DNA of 64,000 nucleotides from a virus (IMGVR_UViG_3300035698_024877:31338-95337), one strand, 5' to 3'; counted from the first letter of the stretch, positions 1 to 11,407 are shown. The notes: generated from the letters alone by a model not told the origin. A program made the numbers and translations.

Positions 1-1005
1 AAGAAGTAAATAGATAATGAGTAAAATTCTTGAAATAGGAGATTAAAATGCGGTTGTAGAATAAAAGAAAATTATATAAATTGCCCCCATTGTGGAGCTG
101 GGTACTAAGAAAATAAATGGTGAGGATCTGATGGATGACAAAGATAAAAGATTTATTAGTTGTGAAAAAGCAAAAAGATTATTTGGTATACGTAATGTTG
201 AGTGTTGTTATAGTTGCCATAGAGACCAAGATGATTTAGATTGGACAGGTGTAGGGTATGCCATGATTGAAATTTACACAGATAAATATGAAATTGTGGT
301 TTGTTGTAGTGTAAGAAACGCATTAACAGAAAAGGTATTTCCAGAATTAAATATTGAGTGGAGCTAAAATAATGATAATAATGACAAAAGAATCATAGGA
401 GTTTAGTATTATGGGTGACATGGCTGATATGGCAAATGCTTGTTTTTGCCTGCATGAAATGGTAGATAATTATCATAACGTAGACGATGAGTATTCACAT
501 GAAGAAAATAGTTGGAGATATGAACCACATACTGAAGAGAATGTAAAAATAGTTTGTGTTACAAAAAGAGCTATATTGTATGAAGATATTCTTGGAGATA
601 GGTATTGGGTTGCAAAGTCCGTACTTTTTGAATTTAGTAAGTGTGTGACTGGAGAGAGAATAAATCTTATATTTCCCTATTGGGTAGTGCTTAGTAGGAG
701 GGCAATTATATAATGATAATAATGACAAAAGAAGATCATATAGAGTTAGATAAGTTAGCATGGGTTCATACCGACTCACCCAATTTAACACTTCTTGAGG
801 TAGTAAAAAATAGGAAATGTATATGTTTGGGCTGGTAAGTATGATAACGCAATAATGTGGTATGGAAAGATTTTACATGATCTTTATGGAGCTCTTATAA
901 AGTTAATATTATACAATATAGAGCAGATGGATATAATAGAGAAAATGAACGCACCATCTGTTCTTGATTGGGAAGAGTTAAAGGTGTTTTTTAGAAGACG
1001 ATAAC

Positions 1006-1059
1006 ATTAGAAAATTTTAATAATTTTTTTGTTTACATTTTTATTATATATAATATAAT
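1006..1059 (+). promoter_or_regulatory. sigma70-like promoter (class I) with conserved AT-rich upstream element
   Basis: TTTACA(1032-1037)-16 bp-TATAAT(1054-1059). The upstream 24-mer ATTAGAAAATTTTAATAATTTTTT recurs exactly on the - strand at 60271-60294 and partially at 13147. Confidence 0.7.
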
Positions 1060-1266
1060 ATGTCTAAAGTAAGAGTGTGGAAAGTTATTAAATTAAAATA
1101 GGAGGTGTAAAATGAACATGGAATTTGTGGCTGGGATAATATTATTTATTATTGTATGTGGTTACATTTTTAGTGTAATTACAGAGAAACGAGCAAAAAA
1201 GAAAAGGATAAAAGTATTTAAAAAAGCAAATGAGCAACTACAAAGATTAAAAGAAAGACTAATACC

Positions 1267-1746
1267 TTGAAGGAGGGGCAAATTAGTGATAAAAATGAGC
1301 TTACGCAAAATGACATGATGGATTTTTCAGAAACTGATAAGGCGATTTTTGAGTTTTTAGAAAGAAAACCTGTCTCTCTATATGCAGAGTATGGGGGCGA
1401 CTGGACTCTCGTTTTTAAAACAGTTAGGAACGACACAGGGTCGTTAGAATATGGTGTCTACGTAACAAAGAACAATAAGGAAGGGGATGCTTTGTATGAC
1501 GAGTTAATGGTTTTTGACAATCTCAAGGATGCGTGCGACAACTTTGAGAAAAGGAAATCTCAAAAAAGAAAAACACTTAAAAAAGCAAATGAGCACTTAC
1601 AAAGATTAAAAGACGATTTGTTAGTGGGAGAAATAGCTGATATAATGATAAGAATGGAAAGATTAGCTATGGAAAGATTAGCTACTGGAGTAAATGAAAA
1701 TAAGGAGAAACAAAATGAAAATAGAGACAGTAGAAAAAGTAATTAA
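1267..1746 (+). CDS. hypothetical protein (probable chimera formed at a 37-bp direct repeat)
   Basis: ORF track; near-identical repeat at 1218-1254 and 1577-1613. Confidence 0.55.
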   Translation: MKEGQISDKNELTQNDMMDFSETDKAIFEFLERKPVSLYAEYGGDWTLVFKTVRNDTGSLEYGVYVTKNNKEGDALYDELMVFDNLKDACDNFEKRKSQKRKTLKKANEHLQRLKDDLLVGEIADIMIRMERLAMERLATGVNENKEKQNENRDSRKSN

Positions 1747-2062
1747 AGCAACGTACAAATGTGATATATGTGGAGAAGTAGCTGATCATAAATGTAGTAT
1801 GTGTAAGATAGATATATGTTATGATCATTACACCTATAGAGAATGCGACGATTATGGTGATGACTATGGTGATGACTATGGTGATTATGCACCAACTATT
1901 TGTACTGATTGTAATAAAGTATATTTCGAGACCAACCCTAAATTTAAAGAAGTTATGGAAAAACATTACGATTTATTGTTAATAGAGATAGATATACTAA
2001 AAAAGGAGAGACAAGTGGCTTTTGAAAGGATGTGGAAGGCGAGAACGTTAAAAAGTGAGTAA
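1715..2062 (+). CDS. Cys-rich (Zn-binding) hypothetical protein with DDYG repeats
   Basis: CxxC motifs; 12-nt tandem repeat encoding DDYG x3; AGGAG upstream of ATG 1715. Confidence 0.7.
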   Translation: MKIETVEKVIKATYKCDICGEVADHKCSMCKIDICYDHYTYRECDDYGDDYGDDYGDYAPTICTDCNKVYFETNPKFKEVMEKHYDLLLIEIDILKKERQVAFERMWKARTLKSE

Positions 2063-2160
2063 TAGTGGTAAAGTAAATAAAGAGTGTTTATAACCTTGTT
2101 TTTAATTATAAAGAAATAGGTTTAATTACTTTAGATTTTAGGAGGTTTTTAAAATAAAAA

Positions 2161-2982
2161 ATGGCGAGAAAGAAAATATTTGAATCAGATGTTCATAAAA
2201 AAGCTTACTTTGAATATAGAAAGTATCAAAAGGTATTTTCTAAAACAAAGAAGAATAACAAAGATTTCCCTAGTGTAACTACACTTATTCTTTGGTCAGG
2301 AGACAAATTTCAATGTAGCTGTCCTTGGCATAATTACAAAAGGCTTGATAATTTACTTCAAAAAACACAAAAAGATATCGAAAACTATGTGACTTTAACT
2401 CCTGTTGGTAGAAAGAAAATATTTAAGCAAATAACAGGAGCATCTACTATTCTTGATGATGTAGACCCCATAGAACTTGCAGTTCTTGGTAATTTAGATC
2501 ATGAAGTTGAACTTGATCATATTATAGAACCAGAACAAAGAAAATTAAAAAAGAAACGAAAGAAACTTGATAAAACTTATTTTACTCAATTAGTAGTTAA
2601 TGATACACAGAAATTAGCAGATTGGCATGCTATTAGAACTTATGTTTTGTCTCATATTTTTAATGCTAAATTTCCAGAGATAGAAAAGTATTTAGTAGCT
2701 AAAGAAAATAAATGGAGTACTAATTTGAACTTTAACTCTTTGGGCGATGCGATTAAAGCATTAGCTGAGGTAGATAAACAAATCAGCCTGCTTACTGGAG
2801 AACACCCCACAGAAATTACTGATGTAAGGGGTGATGCTATATTTGATTATGACGCAAGTAAAGCATATCTTGAATCCATAAGGGCTGCTGGGGAGCAAAT
2901 AAATCAAGAAGCATTGACAGAGAAAATAGTTACAATGATACAATATAAGAAGGATAAAGAGAATAAAGAGGAGAAGGAATGA
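2161..2982 (+). CDS. hypothetical protein, possibly terminase small subunit-like
   Basis: Strong AGGAGG RBS; basic N-terminus; helical segment AIKALAEVDKQISLLTGEHPTEIT reminiscent of TerS oligomerisation regions (weak). Confidence 0.35.
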   Translation: MARKKIFESDVHKKAYFEYRKYQKVFSKTKKNNKDFPSVTTLILWSGDKFQCSCPWHNYKRLDNLLQKTQKDIENYVTLTPVGRKKIFKQITGASTILDDVDPIELAVLGNLDHEVELDHIIEPEQRKLKKKRKKLDKTYFTQLVVNDTQKLADWHAIRTYVLSHIFNAKFPEIEKYLVAKENKWSTNLNFNSLGDAIKALAEVDKQISLLTGEHPTEITDVRGDAIFDYDASKAYLESIRAAGEQINQEALTEKIVTMIQYKKDKENKEEKE

Positions 2983-3345
2983 TAAAAGATAATATGAATC
3001 AGATATATAGAAAATGGCCAGAACAAAGAAAAGATGTAATAGATGAAAAAAGTAAGGACTTTATAGATGAATCTCTATCTAAATTAGTAAAGGAATGTCA
3101 TGCTCAAGCTATGGCAATAAGGTGGGTTAAACAACGATTAGCATTAAATAAAAAAGATCAACCCCTTTATTATCTTCTTGGTATGGCGAATATAGGCTTA
3201 CACTATAAAGGAATACCATCTATTTCTAAAGAGGATGTTTTTAGAAAAGAAGATAGTGAAATATAAAAGGATAAAGAGGGGGAGTAGTTATATTTTTAAT
3301 TTAATTTTTAAACATATTTGTATGCTAGAGTACTGGTTAAAGGGG

Positions 3346-3394
3346 TGTGTGTGCCCTCTCAGTGCCTCTCAGTGCCTCTCAGTGTACACACACA
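3346..3394. repeat. 3x CCTCTCAGTG tandem repeat within a TGTGTGTG/CACACACA inverted repeat
   Basis: Read directly: units at 3355-3364, 3365-3374, 3375-3384. Confidence 0.9.
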
Positions 3395-3817
3395 AGAAGC
3401 TTGTTAAGGAGATGTATAATTACCTTTATAAATTAAGTGTAATCCTTTATAGATTAAATGAGGAAAGAAGAGAATGATGATAATAAGAACAGAAAATGAT
3501 CCCCCCAGGTAATTCTGGAAATAGAGCAAAACCAAGACGAACAGTTGAACGAAATTGTTTAAGCTGTATAAGTTGGGTTTTAAAAATTACAAAACCGAAA
3601 TATGGATTATGTGGTAATTGTTATAAATATGGAAAGCATCGTTTTACTACTGGTTTTTATCGTTGTGATAATTTTAAAGTAAGTCCTTTAGCTATACAAT
3701 TACTTCAAAAAGCATATTATGATACAACTAATTTACTTCCTGAATAAGGAAGAACGACATTAAAAGAATAAGAAGATTAATTGAAAACTTTTAACTTTAT
3801 AAAAAGGAGAAATAGCT

Positions 3818-4462
3818 ATGGTTATGCTAGGTAGCTGGTGCCCACAAGAGTATATAATATTAAGTGAGGAAGAAGAGAAGATAGCAAAAAAGCTTGGCTT
3901 TGAGCATGAGCAGTCAATGTCTCCTCCTTTTAAAGATGATCCTTGGTGGTTCTATAATATTTATGATGAAGAAAGTAGTATTATAGAACCACCTTCTTAT
4001 CACTCTATTGAAGTTAGAAAGCGCATAAGAGAAGCTAAATTAATAGCTGAGAGATTAAAAGATTCCAGTTGCGAGATTTTGAGAAATGATTCAGATAAAT
4101 TAAAGCTTGTAGCAAAAGCATTAGGATTTGAAGGCATTAGAAATTGCTATGTTTTGAAAGGGCAATCATTTTGGGTCCAAAAAGATAAGTTTAAAGATTA
4201 TCTTCTTACTAATGAAGGTGAAACGGCTATGAGAGATTGGTTTTTAAAACAAGGATTTAATGCTTTTGGTGCATCTTTTATAATTCATGAAGAGTTATGG
4301 GTATATAATTTCAATATGCATAAAGCAAATGCAATAATAGAAAAATATATCGCGGGTGTTGGTACAACTTTTGCAAAAGCTTTACTTGATTGCTTTATTA
4401 AATTTTTGGAAGAAGGTGCACGTACTCCTTTATTACCGTTTGGTTTGAAAAATAATAATTAA
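3818..4462 (+). CDS. paralog family A hypothetical protein
   Basis: LKLVAKALG...YLLTNEG...TFAKALL motif shared with 7187, 7964, 21550, 21993. Confidence 0.75.
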   Translation: MVMLGSWCPQEYIILSEEEEKIAKKLGFEHEQSMSPPFKDDPWWFYNIYDEESSIIEPPSYHSIEVRKRIREAKLIAERLKDSSCEILRNDSDKLKLVAKALGFEGIRNCYVLKGQSFWVQKDKFKDYLLTNEGETAMRDWFLKQGFNAFGASFIIHEELWVYNFNMHKANAIIEKYIAGVGTTFAKALLDCFIKFLEEGARTPLLPFGLKNNN

Positions 4463-4479
4463 TTATTTCATAAAACTAT

Positions 4480-4499
4480 TTTTAAAATATAATAAAGTA
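4480..4499 (+). promoter_or_regulatory. class II repeated promoter-like motif TTTTAAAATATAATAAAGTA
   Basis: Intergenic; 8 near-identical copies on + strand (4480, 11388, 16400, 22918, 26430, 30064, 34928, 42850). Confidence 0.75.
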
Positions 4500-4753
4500 T
4501 AGAGTAATATACTTTATTGAGGTGAATAAAATGAATAAGATTAGAACGTGGTGGTGGCGATTTGAGGTAAAAAAATACTTTAGTTGGGGATGGTGGGCAC
4601 AAGAAATAGCATGGGTTTTGCCAGAGCTGATACTATATGAGGTGATGGTAAGAGTGTCGTCAATGGCTATGGACGATGGATATTTTAATGTTACCTATGA
4701 AGAGCTGTTGCGTGGATTGAGAAAACATTTTGACAAATAAAATAGAGTAGAAA

Positions 4754-4839
4754 GTGAGACCTAAATAGTTTATATGGTAAAATGCCCGTGTCGAAAAATG
4801 AGGGAGTTGTTGGTTCGAACCCAACTTTAGGTCTCACCA
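4754..4839 (+). ncRNA. tRNA-like RNA with extended acceptor stem and aberrant anticodon arm
   Basis: GAGACCTAAA/TTTAGGTCTC stem + A-CCA; D-loop with TGGTA; T-arm GTTGG-TTCGAAC-CCAAC; anticodon arm CCC-14 nt-GGG. Confidence 0.75.
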
Positions 4840-7186
4840 TTGATTTAATTAGAGGTATTAAATGAAATATCAAACTTATTGGGAATTCATAGAAAGACCA
4901 AAGAGAAAAGCAGCTTTTTTTTTCAGGAAAATGTTGGGCATAGAATTCTCTAATGCAAAGTCAATTCAAAAGTTTGTTGATAAGCATAGGGGAGAATTAT
5001 TGTGGCAAACACCGACTACGATTGTAAAATTGTTAGGTTGGACAGATCAGCACGAAGATGATTATTACTGGGTTGTGGCATCTCTCAATGAGGTTTATTT
5101 GTCATCATGCGTTGGTAGTTTTTATCCATTAAAAAAAATGGGTTGGCCTTATAAGTTAGCCGAACAACAATTTGATATGAGTGTGCTCCAAGAGTGGATA
5201 GATAAAACAGTAAAAAAAATGGGGGTAATTATAAAATGAAGGCTGATATTAAAGAAATTAAAATTAATTATTTAGAAGGGATGTAGTTATGGATAAATAT
5301 GAATATGAACCATTAAGAAAGTATTATAAAAAAATCCCCCTTACAGAAGAAGAAATGGATACTGTAAATGATTACTATCATATTTGTAGAGATAATCTTG
5401 GAGTAGAACTTAGAACTTACCGTTATTTAAATCATACTGATATGTGGACAAGAATTTGCAAGACTATACATAATTATTTTTCCTACTTAGGCTATCTTTA
5501 TGGTTCTTGGGAAACTAAATAAAAGGAATTAAAAATGAAAAAGTCTGTTGAGAAATCCATGGAAAGATTTGAAGAAATGAGTAGAGAGGCTAAAAGGTGG
5601 GATAAGTATAAGACGTGGGCTTTGTTTGGAATTATGATAGCGATAATTTTGGGGGTCTTGGTCTTAGCTTTATTTGTTTTATCACCATCAGTCGCAAAAG
5701 CTGAAGAGTGCGTATGTAAATTGTATGAATATCAACAAGTATATTATTATTCTCCGGCGTATCATAGAAATGGTGAAAGGAAAAACATGGATGAAAGTAT
5801 AAATGAAGTGGTAAGAACTGGTTGGAAAGTACACACAATATTTATCTTTAGCGATAGACGAGTAGGAGGGAGTCATCCAAGTGTATGTGGTTTTGTTATG
5901 TATCGAAAATGCATTAAATGGCATTGCAAATAAAAGGAATTAAAAATGAAAACTACAGAAGAAATAATTTCAGCTATGGAAAATAGTATTGCATGGTATT
6001 ACAAGGAGGCTTTTAAGCCCGAAAATATGACTGAAATTGATTTTCTAAACTTGTCATGCGTTCACCCTGAATATCGTGGCAGGATTCTTGAATTAGAAGA
6101 GTTTTTAGAATGGATAAAAGAATGAATAATGAACATATATTTGATGATTTGAGTGAAATGAAGAGTGCCTTAAAAGAAAAGAATATAAATAACATTTAAA
6201 AGGAAATTTGACAAAGATGATAGACTATTTTCTTGAGAAAAGAGAAAGGCGAGAGATGGTGGTTAAGGACTTAGTAGAACAGGGGATAAGCAAGGCGCTA
6301 CAACAAATTACTACGCTGAATGGAAATGGGTCAACTATCATTATACAAAAATTAGTAGTCAATTTAGGGTATGCAGATTCTACTGGGGGGAGTTCAGTTA
6401 TAGTTGGCGAAAATACAGTAGAGCATGGTGGGGTTGTTACTGATTGTCAAAATTATGGGGATAAATAAAATGGAAAAAGCAAACATTGAGGGATTTCTTA
6501 AAAACTACGAAAGCGTAATAACCGCACTAAATGGGTCGAAAGCAAACGGTGATTTAGAAGCTGTGGCATTGGCTGGAGCTTGTATTTATACAATTGCACA
6601 AATGAACTATCAAGCCTCCGATGAATTTATCGATGGGGTTAGAAAAATGGTCAAGGAGATGTTAGGAGACGAGCTTGGCCACCTTAAAGGAATAGTTGAT
6701 TTAATGCTTTTAAAAATGTAAATAGGATAAAAGAATGAATAAAAGATTAACGTTATTGATAATTGTTTTGGGGTTCGTATTGTATAGCTGGGGGTTTTTC
6801 TTGGGGGAGTAATTGCTGGATGCCTTTACGTCTATATTGCTTTGACATTATTACAAATAGTAACATGTGGTTAAAATGAAAAAATCTTCTTGTGAAACTT
6901 GTATACATGCTTATAACGTTGAAGGAAAAGCACATTCCAAGTTTTGTAGAATACAAGGGAAAACTTATTGGTCAAGTACGGAAAGAACTACGTGCTATAA
7001 ATATGAAGCGCAAAGTATCCCTATTTACCAAAAAACAGCAGAAGAAATAGTTAAAAAAATAGAGGAGTGCATTACACTTCTTGAGCATAAAAAATTAGAG
7101 GATGGTAATAGTCTTTTAATAGCTGAACCTTTGAAATGGTTTAATGATTTATTAGAATGGGTAAAAATAAATGAAGAGGTAAACTA

Positions 7187-7609
7187 ATGGAAGCTACTAA
7201 AATAGAAATTGATAAGTTGACTAAATGGCTGAATATTGATTATTGGGGTAATTATTATTATATCCCTATAGGTGGATTTAAAGCTGATGGAGTTAAAAAA
7301 TGGCTACATACAAGAGAGGGATCCATGCATATATTAGAAGCTTTTTGGAGAGATAATGTGGATTTTATTTCCATTATCAGAACTGGGTGGGTAGGGAAAC
7401 CAGAAAAAGAGCTTATTCATGTAGGAGTTGATGTCTTATATGGATCAAGTAGAACATCTACTTTTGTTAAAAAAATGAGAGATGTATGGCAGGCATTAGG
7501 TGGAGGGCAATGGAATTGGCTACCAGTGGCGCAAGCAGAGGCAAAAACACTTTCAAGTGCTATATATAAAGCAGCTATAAATTATTTAGAAGAGGGAGAT
7601 GAGATATAA
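7187..7609 (+). CDS. paralog family A hypothetical protein
   Basis: WLHTREG...TLSSAIYKAAINYLE. Confidence 0.7.
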   Translation: MEATKIEIDKLTKWLNIDYWGNYYYIPIGGFKADGVKKWLHTREGSMHILEAFWRDNVDFISIIRTGWVGKPEKELIHVGVDVLYGSSRTSTFVKKMRDVWQALGGGQWNWLPVAQAEAKTLSSAIYKAAINYLEEGDEI

Positions 7610-7963
7610 TGAGTAGCTTACCACCAGTACGATGCGGAAATTGTTTTTATTGGAGACGGAGGCATGGGTACCTAACCTGTGGTGGCATAGACAATGTTGG
7701 CATTTGTTTTTACCCTGCTTATACTTGTAAGTTATATCGAGGGAGCACTAATAAAGATGTAAAGTGGTTTTGGTTTTCTGAGTTAGGGCATTATGATACA
7801 GGCTGTGATCATTTCTTATTTGAGCCTTGGGTATTAGGTAGGTGGGGTTGGATAACTAAATTTAGAGCATGGTTTGCCTGGCAATTAAATGGGAAATAAA
7901 GATTGCTTATAAGAGGGAGATGAGATATAATGAGTTTTGTAGAATTACGAAAAGAGGTAATCA

Positions 7964-8320
7964 ATGGTTAAACCTACAGAGAAGCAATTAAAGGCAGTGG
8001 CTAAGGCGTTGGATGTAAAAATAAGAGAACCCCTTCCCTACATTTATCTTCCAAAAAGAAACCAATTTTGGAAGAAGAAAAAGGAGTTTTCGGATTGGCT
8101 TCTATCCCCCGAAGGTGAGCGAGAGATAAAGGATTATTTGGTAGGTGATCGCCACGGCCTTCTCTCGGTTTATTATAATAAGGCGTTTTACGCTGATTGG
8201 GGAGTAAAAATAAAGATTCACGAGATTCCTACTTTAATTGAAATAACAGGTAGTGGCACGACAATGCAAGAGGCTCTATTAGATGCCATGATCAAACATT
8301 TGGAGACAACCAATGGCTGA
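7964..8320 (+). CDS. paralog family A hypothetical protein
   Basis: KQLKAVAKAL...WLLSPEG...TMQEALLDAMIKHLE. Confidence 0.75.
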   Translation: MVKPTEKQLKAVAKALDVKIREPLPYIYLPKRNQFWKKKKEFSDWLLSPEGEREIKDYLVGDRHGLLSVYYNKAFYADWGVKIKIHEIPTLIEITGSGTTMQEALLDAMIKHLETTNG

Positions 8321-8663
8321 CAAAGAAGTGATAGATGCTATTATTGAGAAGTTTGAGAAGGCGGATTGTAGGGAGAAGTTTAATGGCAACCTTAATGCTT
8401 GGCCCCCATGTTTAGAAATGGGACACAAGATTGATGATAGCTACTCTGTTGCTTTGGAGATATGCACAAGGTGTGTAGGTAGATTTAGCACCTTATTGGG
8501 AATAAAAAATATTAAAGAGAATTGGAACACTAATTATTGCCTTGACATTAAGGCCGGAGGTCTTGCCTTTAGAGAGGCGTTAATAAGCGATGACGATAAC
8601 AAATGGGTAATATTCAGAAAAGCCTATCTCAAAAAACTCAAAGCTAAAAGAGCGAAGATGTAA
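8313..8663 (+). CDS. paralog family C Cys-containing protein
   Basis: Similar to 21015 (KWxIFRxAYLKxLKAKRA) and weakly to 41238. Confidence 0.75.
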   Translation: MADKEVIDAIIEKFEKADCREKFNGNLNAWPPCLEMGHKIDDSYSVALEICTRCVGRFSTLLGIKNIKENWNTNYCLDIKAGGLAFREALISDDDNKWVIFRKAYLKKLKAKRAKM

Positions 8664-9178
8664 TGCCAGATTTAAGAGAAAAGGACATCCAAAGTTTTAT
8701 CATGATGTGGAAACGCGGCCGTGGTTTAATCGTCCCTAATATTTATTTAAAATATGGAGAGGCTGACATTCTTTTTGTAACCAACGCTGGAATTGCCACA
8801 GAGTTTGAGATTAAAACATCCTTAAGAGATTTCAAGAATGATAAAAAGAAAACAGTAAAACATGGGATGTATGAACACGCATTTGAGAAAAAGGCAGTAA
8901 AGCCAGAAGAGCTAATCCCTAATTATTTTGTCTATGTTTTCCCGTCTGATGTTGAAATTCCCAAAGAAGATATGCCTAAATATTCAGGTGCTTTTAAGGT
9001 TACAGATAAGGCTGGGTTGGGTTATTATAATTTCTTTTCCTTTAAAAAAAGCGTTCATATTCATAAAACAAAATGTAATTGGGATAAGCTTATCGCCAGA
9101 AGTTGTGCTTTTAGAATGGCGGAAATACACCTAAAAAACTTTTATAAGACAAAAGAGGTGGGTATGTGTAATGCATGA
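8663..9178 (+). CDS. MmcB-like PD-(D/E)XK nuclease
   Basis: EADIL...EFEIKTSLRDFKNDKKK motif; PNYFVYV. Confidence 0.7.
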   Translation: MPDLREKDIQSFIMMWKRGRGLIVPNIYLKYGEADILFVTNAGIATEFEIKTSLRDFKNDKKKTVKHGMYEHAFEKKAVKPEELIPNYFVYVFPSDVEIPKEDMPKYSGAFKVTDKAGLGYYNFFSFKKSVHIHKTKCNWDKLIARSCAFRMAEIHLKNFYKTKEVGMCNA

Positions 9179-9398
9179 AGATAAATTTAAAGAAACTCAT
9201 TTTTTTGTAAATGAGGGATACGCTGAAATCTGTAGGTATTGTGATCACCTTGACACGTCTGACGGAGTTTGCGTCCATCCTGACTTAGGTGAGGGCTGTT
9301 GTATGGGGATAGAAGAAGGCTTTGGAACTTGTGATGCATTTGATAGTAATGTTAAACGGGCAATAAAAGAAAATACAAAAAAATTGGGATGGAAATAA

Positions 9399-9824
9399 AT
9401 GAAAATAACAAAAGAGATAATTGAGGAGGCCGAGAAGATACAACACTTGATTGAGATTGAGGACGGAGAATATCCACCCATTGGCATGCTTTTGTACAAT
9501 AAACTCACTGGAGCATTGGGGGCTGCTGGGGCTTTAGGCACAGTAGAGTTTAATGACGGAACGATGTTATACGGATTTGAAACTATTTCGGGGGTTAGAC
9601 TACTTGGAGAATATCTTCGCATTCCCACCCTTGAATGGCTTTTAGGTGAAGTTCGGGGGTTGACTGAAGAATATTGTCTGCAAATAAACAAGGAGAATGC
9701 CGGGTGTTATGGACAGGTAAATGGCAACACCTTGGATAACCCCGATTTTGAGGAATGGGATTACATCCCGTGGATTGCCACCGCCAAGGCTTTAATAGAA
9801 ATGAGGAGGGAAAAAAATGTATAA
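9399..9824 (+). CDS. paralog family B hypothetical protein
   Basis: KITxxI...PTL(E/D)WLL...LxE(M/L)RR shared with 13437 and 42074. Confidence 0.75.
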   Translation: MKITKEIIEEAEKIQHLIEIEDGEYPPIGMLLYNKLTGALGAAGALGTVEFNDGTMLYGFETISGVRLLGEYLRIPTLEWLLGEVRGLTEEYCLQINKENAGCYGQVNGNTLDNPDFEEWDYIPWIATAKALIEMRREKNV

Positions 9825-10062
9825 GTTGTATACGATAAAACAGACAAAGGGTAACACAATCGGCGATAGATCAATGCAGGCACGAAAATTATTAGATGAC
9901 ATGGGGATAGAATATGAACTGGTTGAGACTGACCCCGAAAATGGATGGGAAGATGGTGTTGTTGTTATGGTCGCAGCTGGGGTTGGTGATACGCCCTGTC
10001 TTGTTGACGGCGATTTAAGAATTGAGGGGTATTATGAAATTGAGGCTTATTTTGAGGATTAA
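9817..10062 (+). CDS. glutaredoxin/NrdH-like thioredoxin-fold protein lacking CxxC
   Basis: LYT...ARKLLDDMGIEYELV...TPCLVDGDLRIEGY pattern. Confidence 0.6.
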   Translation: MYKLYTIKQTKGNTIGDRSMQARKLLDDMGIEYELVETDPENGWEDGVVVMVAAGVGDTPCLVDGDLRIEGYYEIEAYFED

Positions 10063-11387
10063 AAAATGAAAGAAGCTGACAAGCAAGAAAAAATGGTGAG
10101 TGATTTGGTTGATTACTTTTCCGAGCGTGACAAGCAAATTATTGTAATCATAGAGACAGACAGAGGATCTATGATTCACGGTAAGGGGTTTGATGAGTGG
10201 ATTGTTTTTTGGTGTACAAAGATGGCCAACTCGGTTATCAACAAAACAAATTAACCTTCGATTCAGAAAAAAACGGGTGTATAACTTTTGCATAGGAGCA
10301 GATATGGCTAAATTTGAAAAACAATGGGATAGTTTCGATGAGCATATCATAAAAGACGTTAAGCTTATTGCAATGTCCAGAAATGGAAAGTCCATACTGG
10401 TAGAATGGGATGGTAAACAGCATTGGATTCCAAAATCTAAAATATGTGAGGACACAAGAATAGGTGAACATAAAGATAGAATTGATATTATTTCAAGCGT
10501 TGGGGATGTGGGAGATCTTGCTATTCTAACGTATCTTTATAAAGAAAAAGAGGCTGAAAATAAATGATGTATCCAATAATTTATGGTATAGCTAATTCTG
10601 ATCATCCTATAGCTGCAGCTATCGGAATACTCACTCTTTGTAGCATAGCTTATTTTTTTATTCGTTTTGATGATATTAAAAATAGTATTAGAGATAGTGC
10701 TATGCAAAAACCAAAGGTAACTAATGAGATGAGTACAAAAGAGTTTTTATTGGTTTTATTTGGTTTTGTTTTGCTTGGTTCAATAATGGGTTATATTTGT
10801 TTGTTTTTTTATTTTTAAAGAAGTATTTACATTAACGTTTTTAGGAGGATATATGAAAAACATGCTTATTGATATTGATTCAAAGAAATTATCAAGGTGG
10901 ATTAGGGATAAGAAAAAAGAGAGAAGGGGGAGAAGTGGGGTCGGATATAATTGTTGTCCAAGCGATTTTCAATCTGGAGTGGTGACTGGGTTTGATCTGG
11001 GGATAGACATATTTGTAGAACACATTGCTGATTTAATTATAGACAAGCGAATAGAAGAAGATACAGAGGAAAATAAAAATAGAGTGCGGATACATTATGT
11101 AAGAGAAAATGGGGAAGTGAAGAAAAGCACCTTTCTCCATTTAGTAATTGTTTATGGGATAGGATTAAAGCCTGGAAATAGCGCTTACATTGACGAAGTT
11201 AAAAATTTTGCTATAGTTTTTGATGTAGGTGAAATTGTTTTATATAAAATTTTTAAGGCAACTGATGAGGAGAGTAGGAAGTCTCAAGTGTTATGGTGGA
11301 AGAAAATAGATGAGGAAAGCCTCGCTTATTATGGTTGGAAGATAAGGGGGTTTAGATGAAATTTAAAATTTTATTCTGTATATGGTA

Positions 11388-11407
11388 TTTTAAAATATAA
11401 TAAAGTA
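11388..11407 (+). promoter_or_regulatory. class II promoter-like motif
   Basis: TTTTAAAATATAATAAAGTA just upstream of RBS of 11423. Confidence 0.75.
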
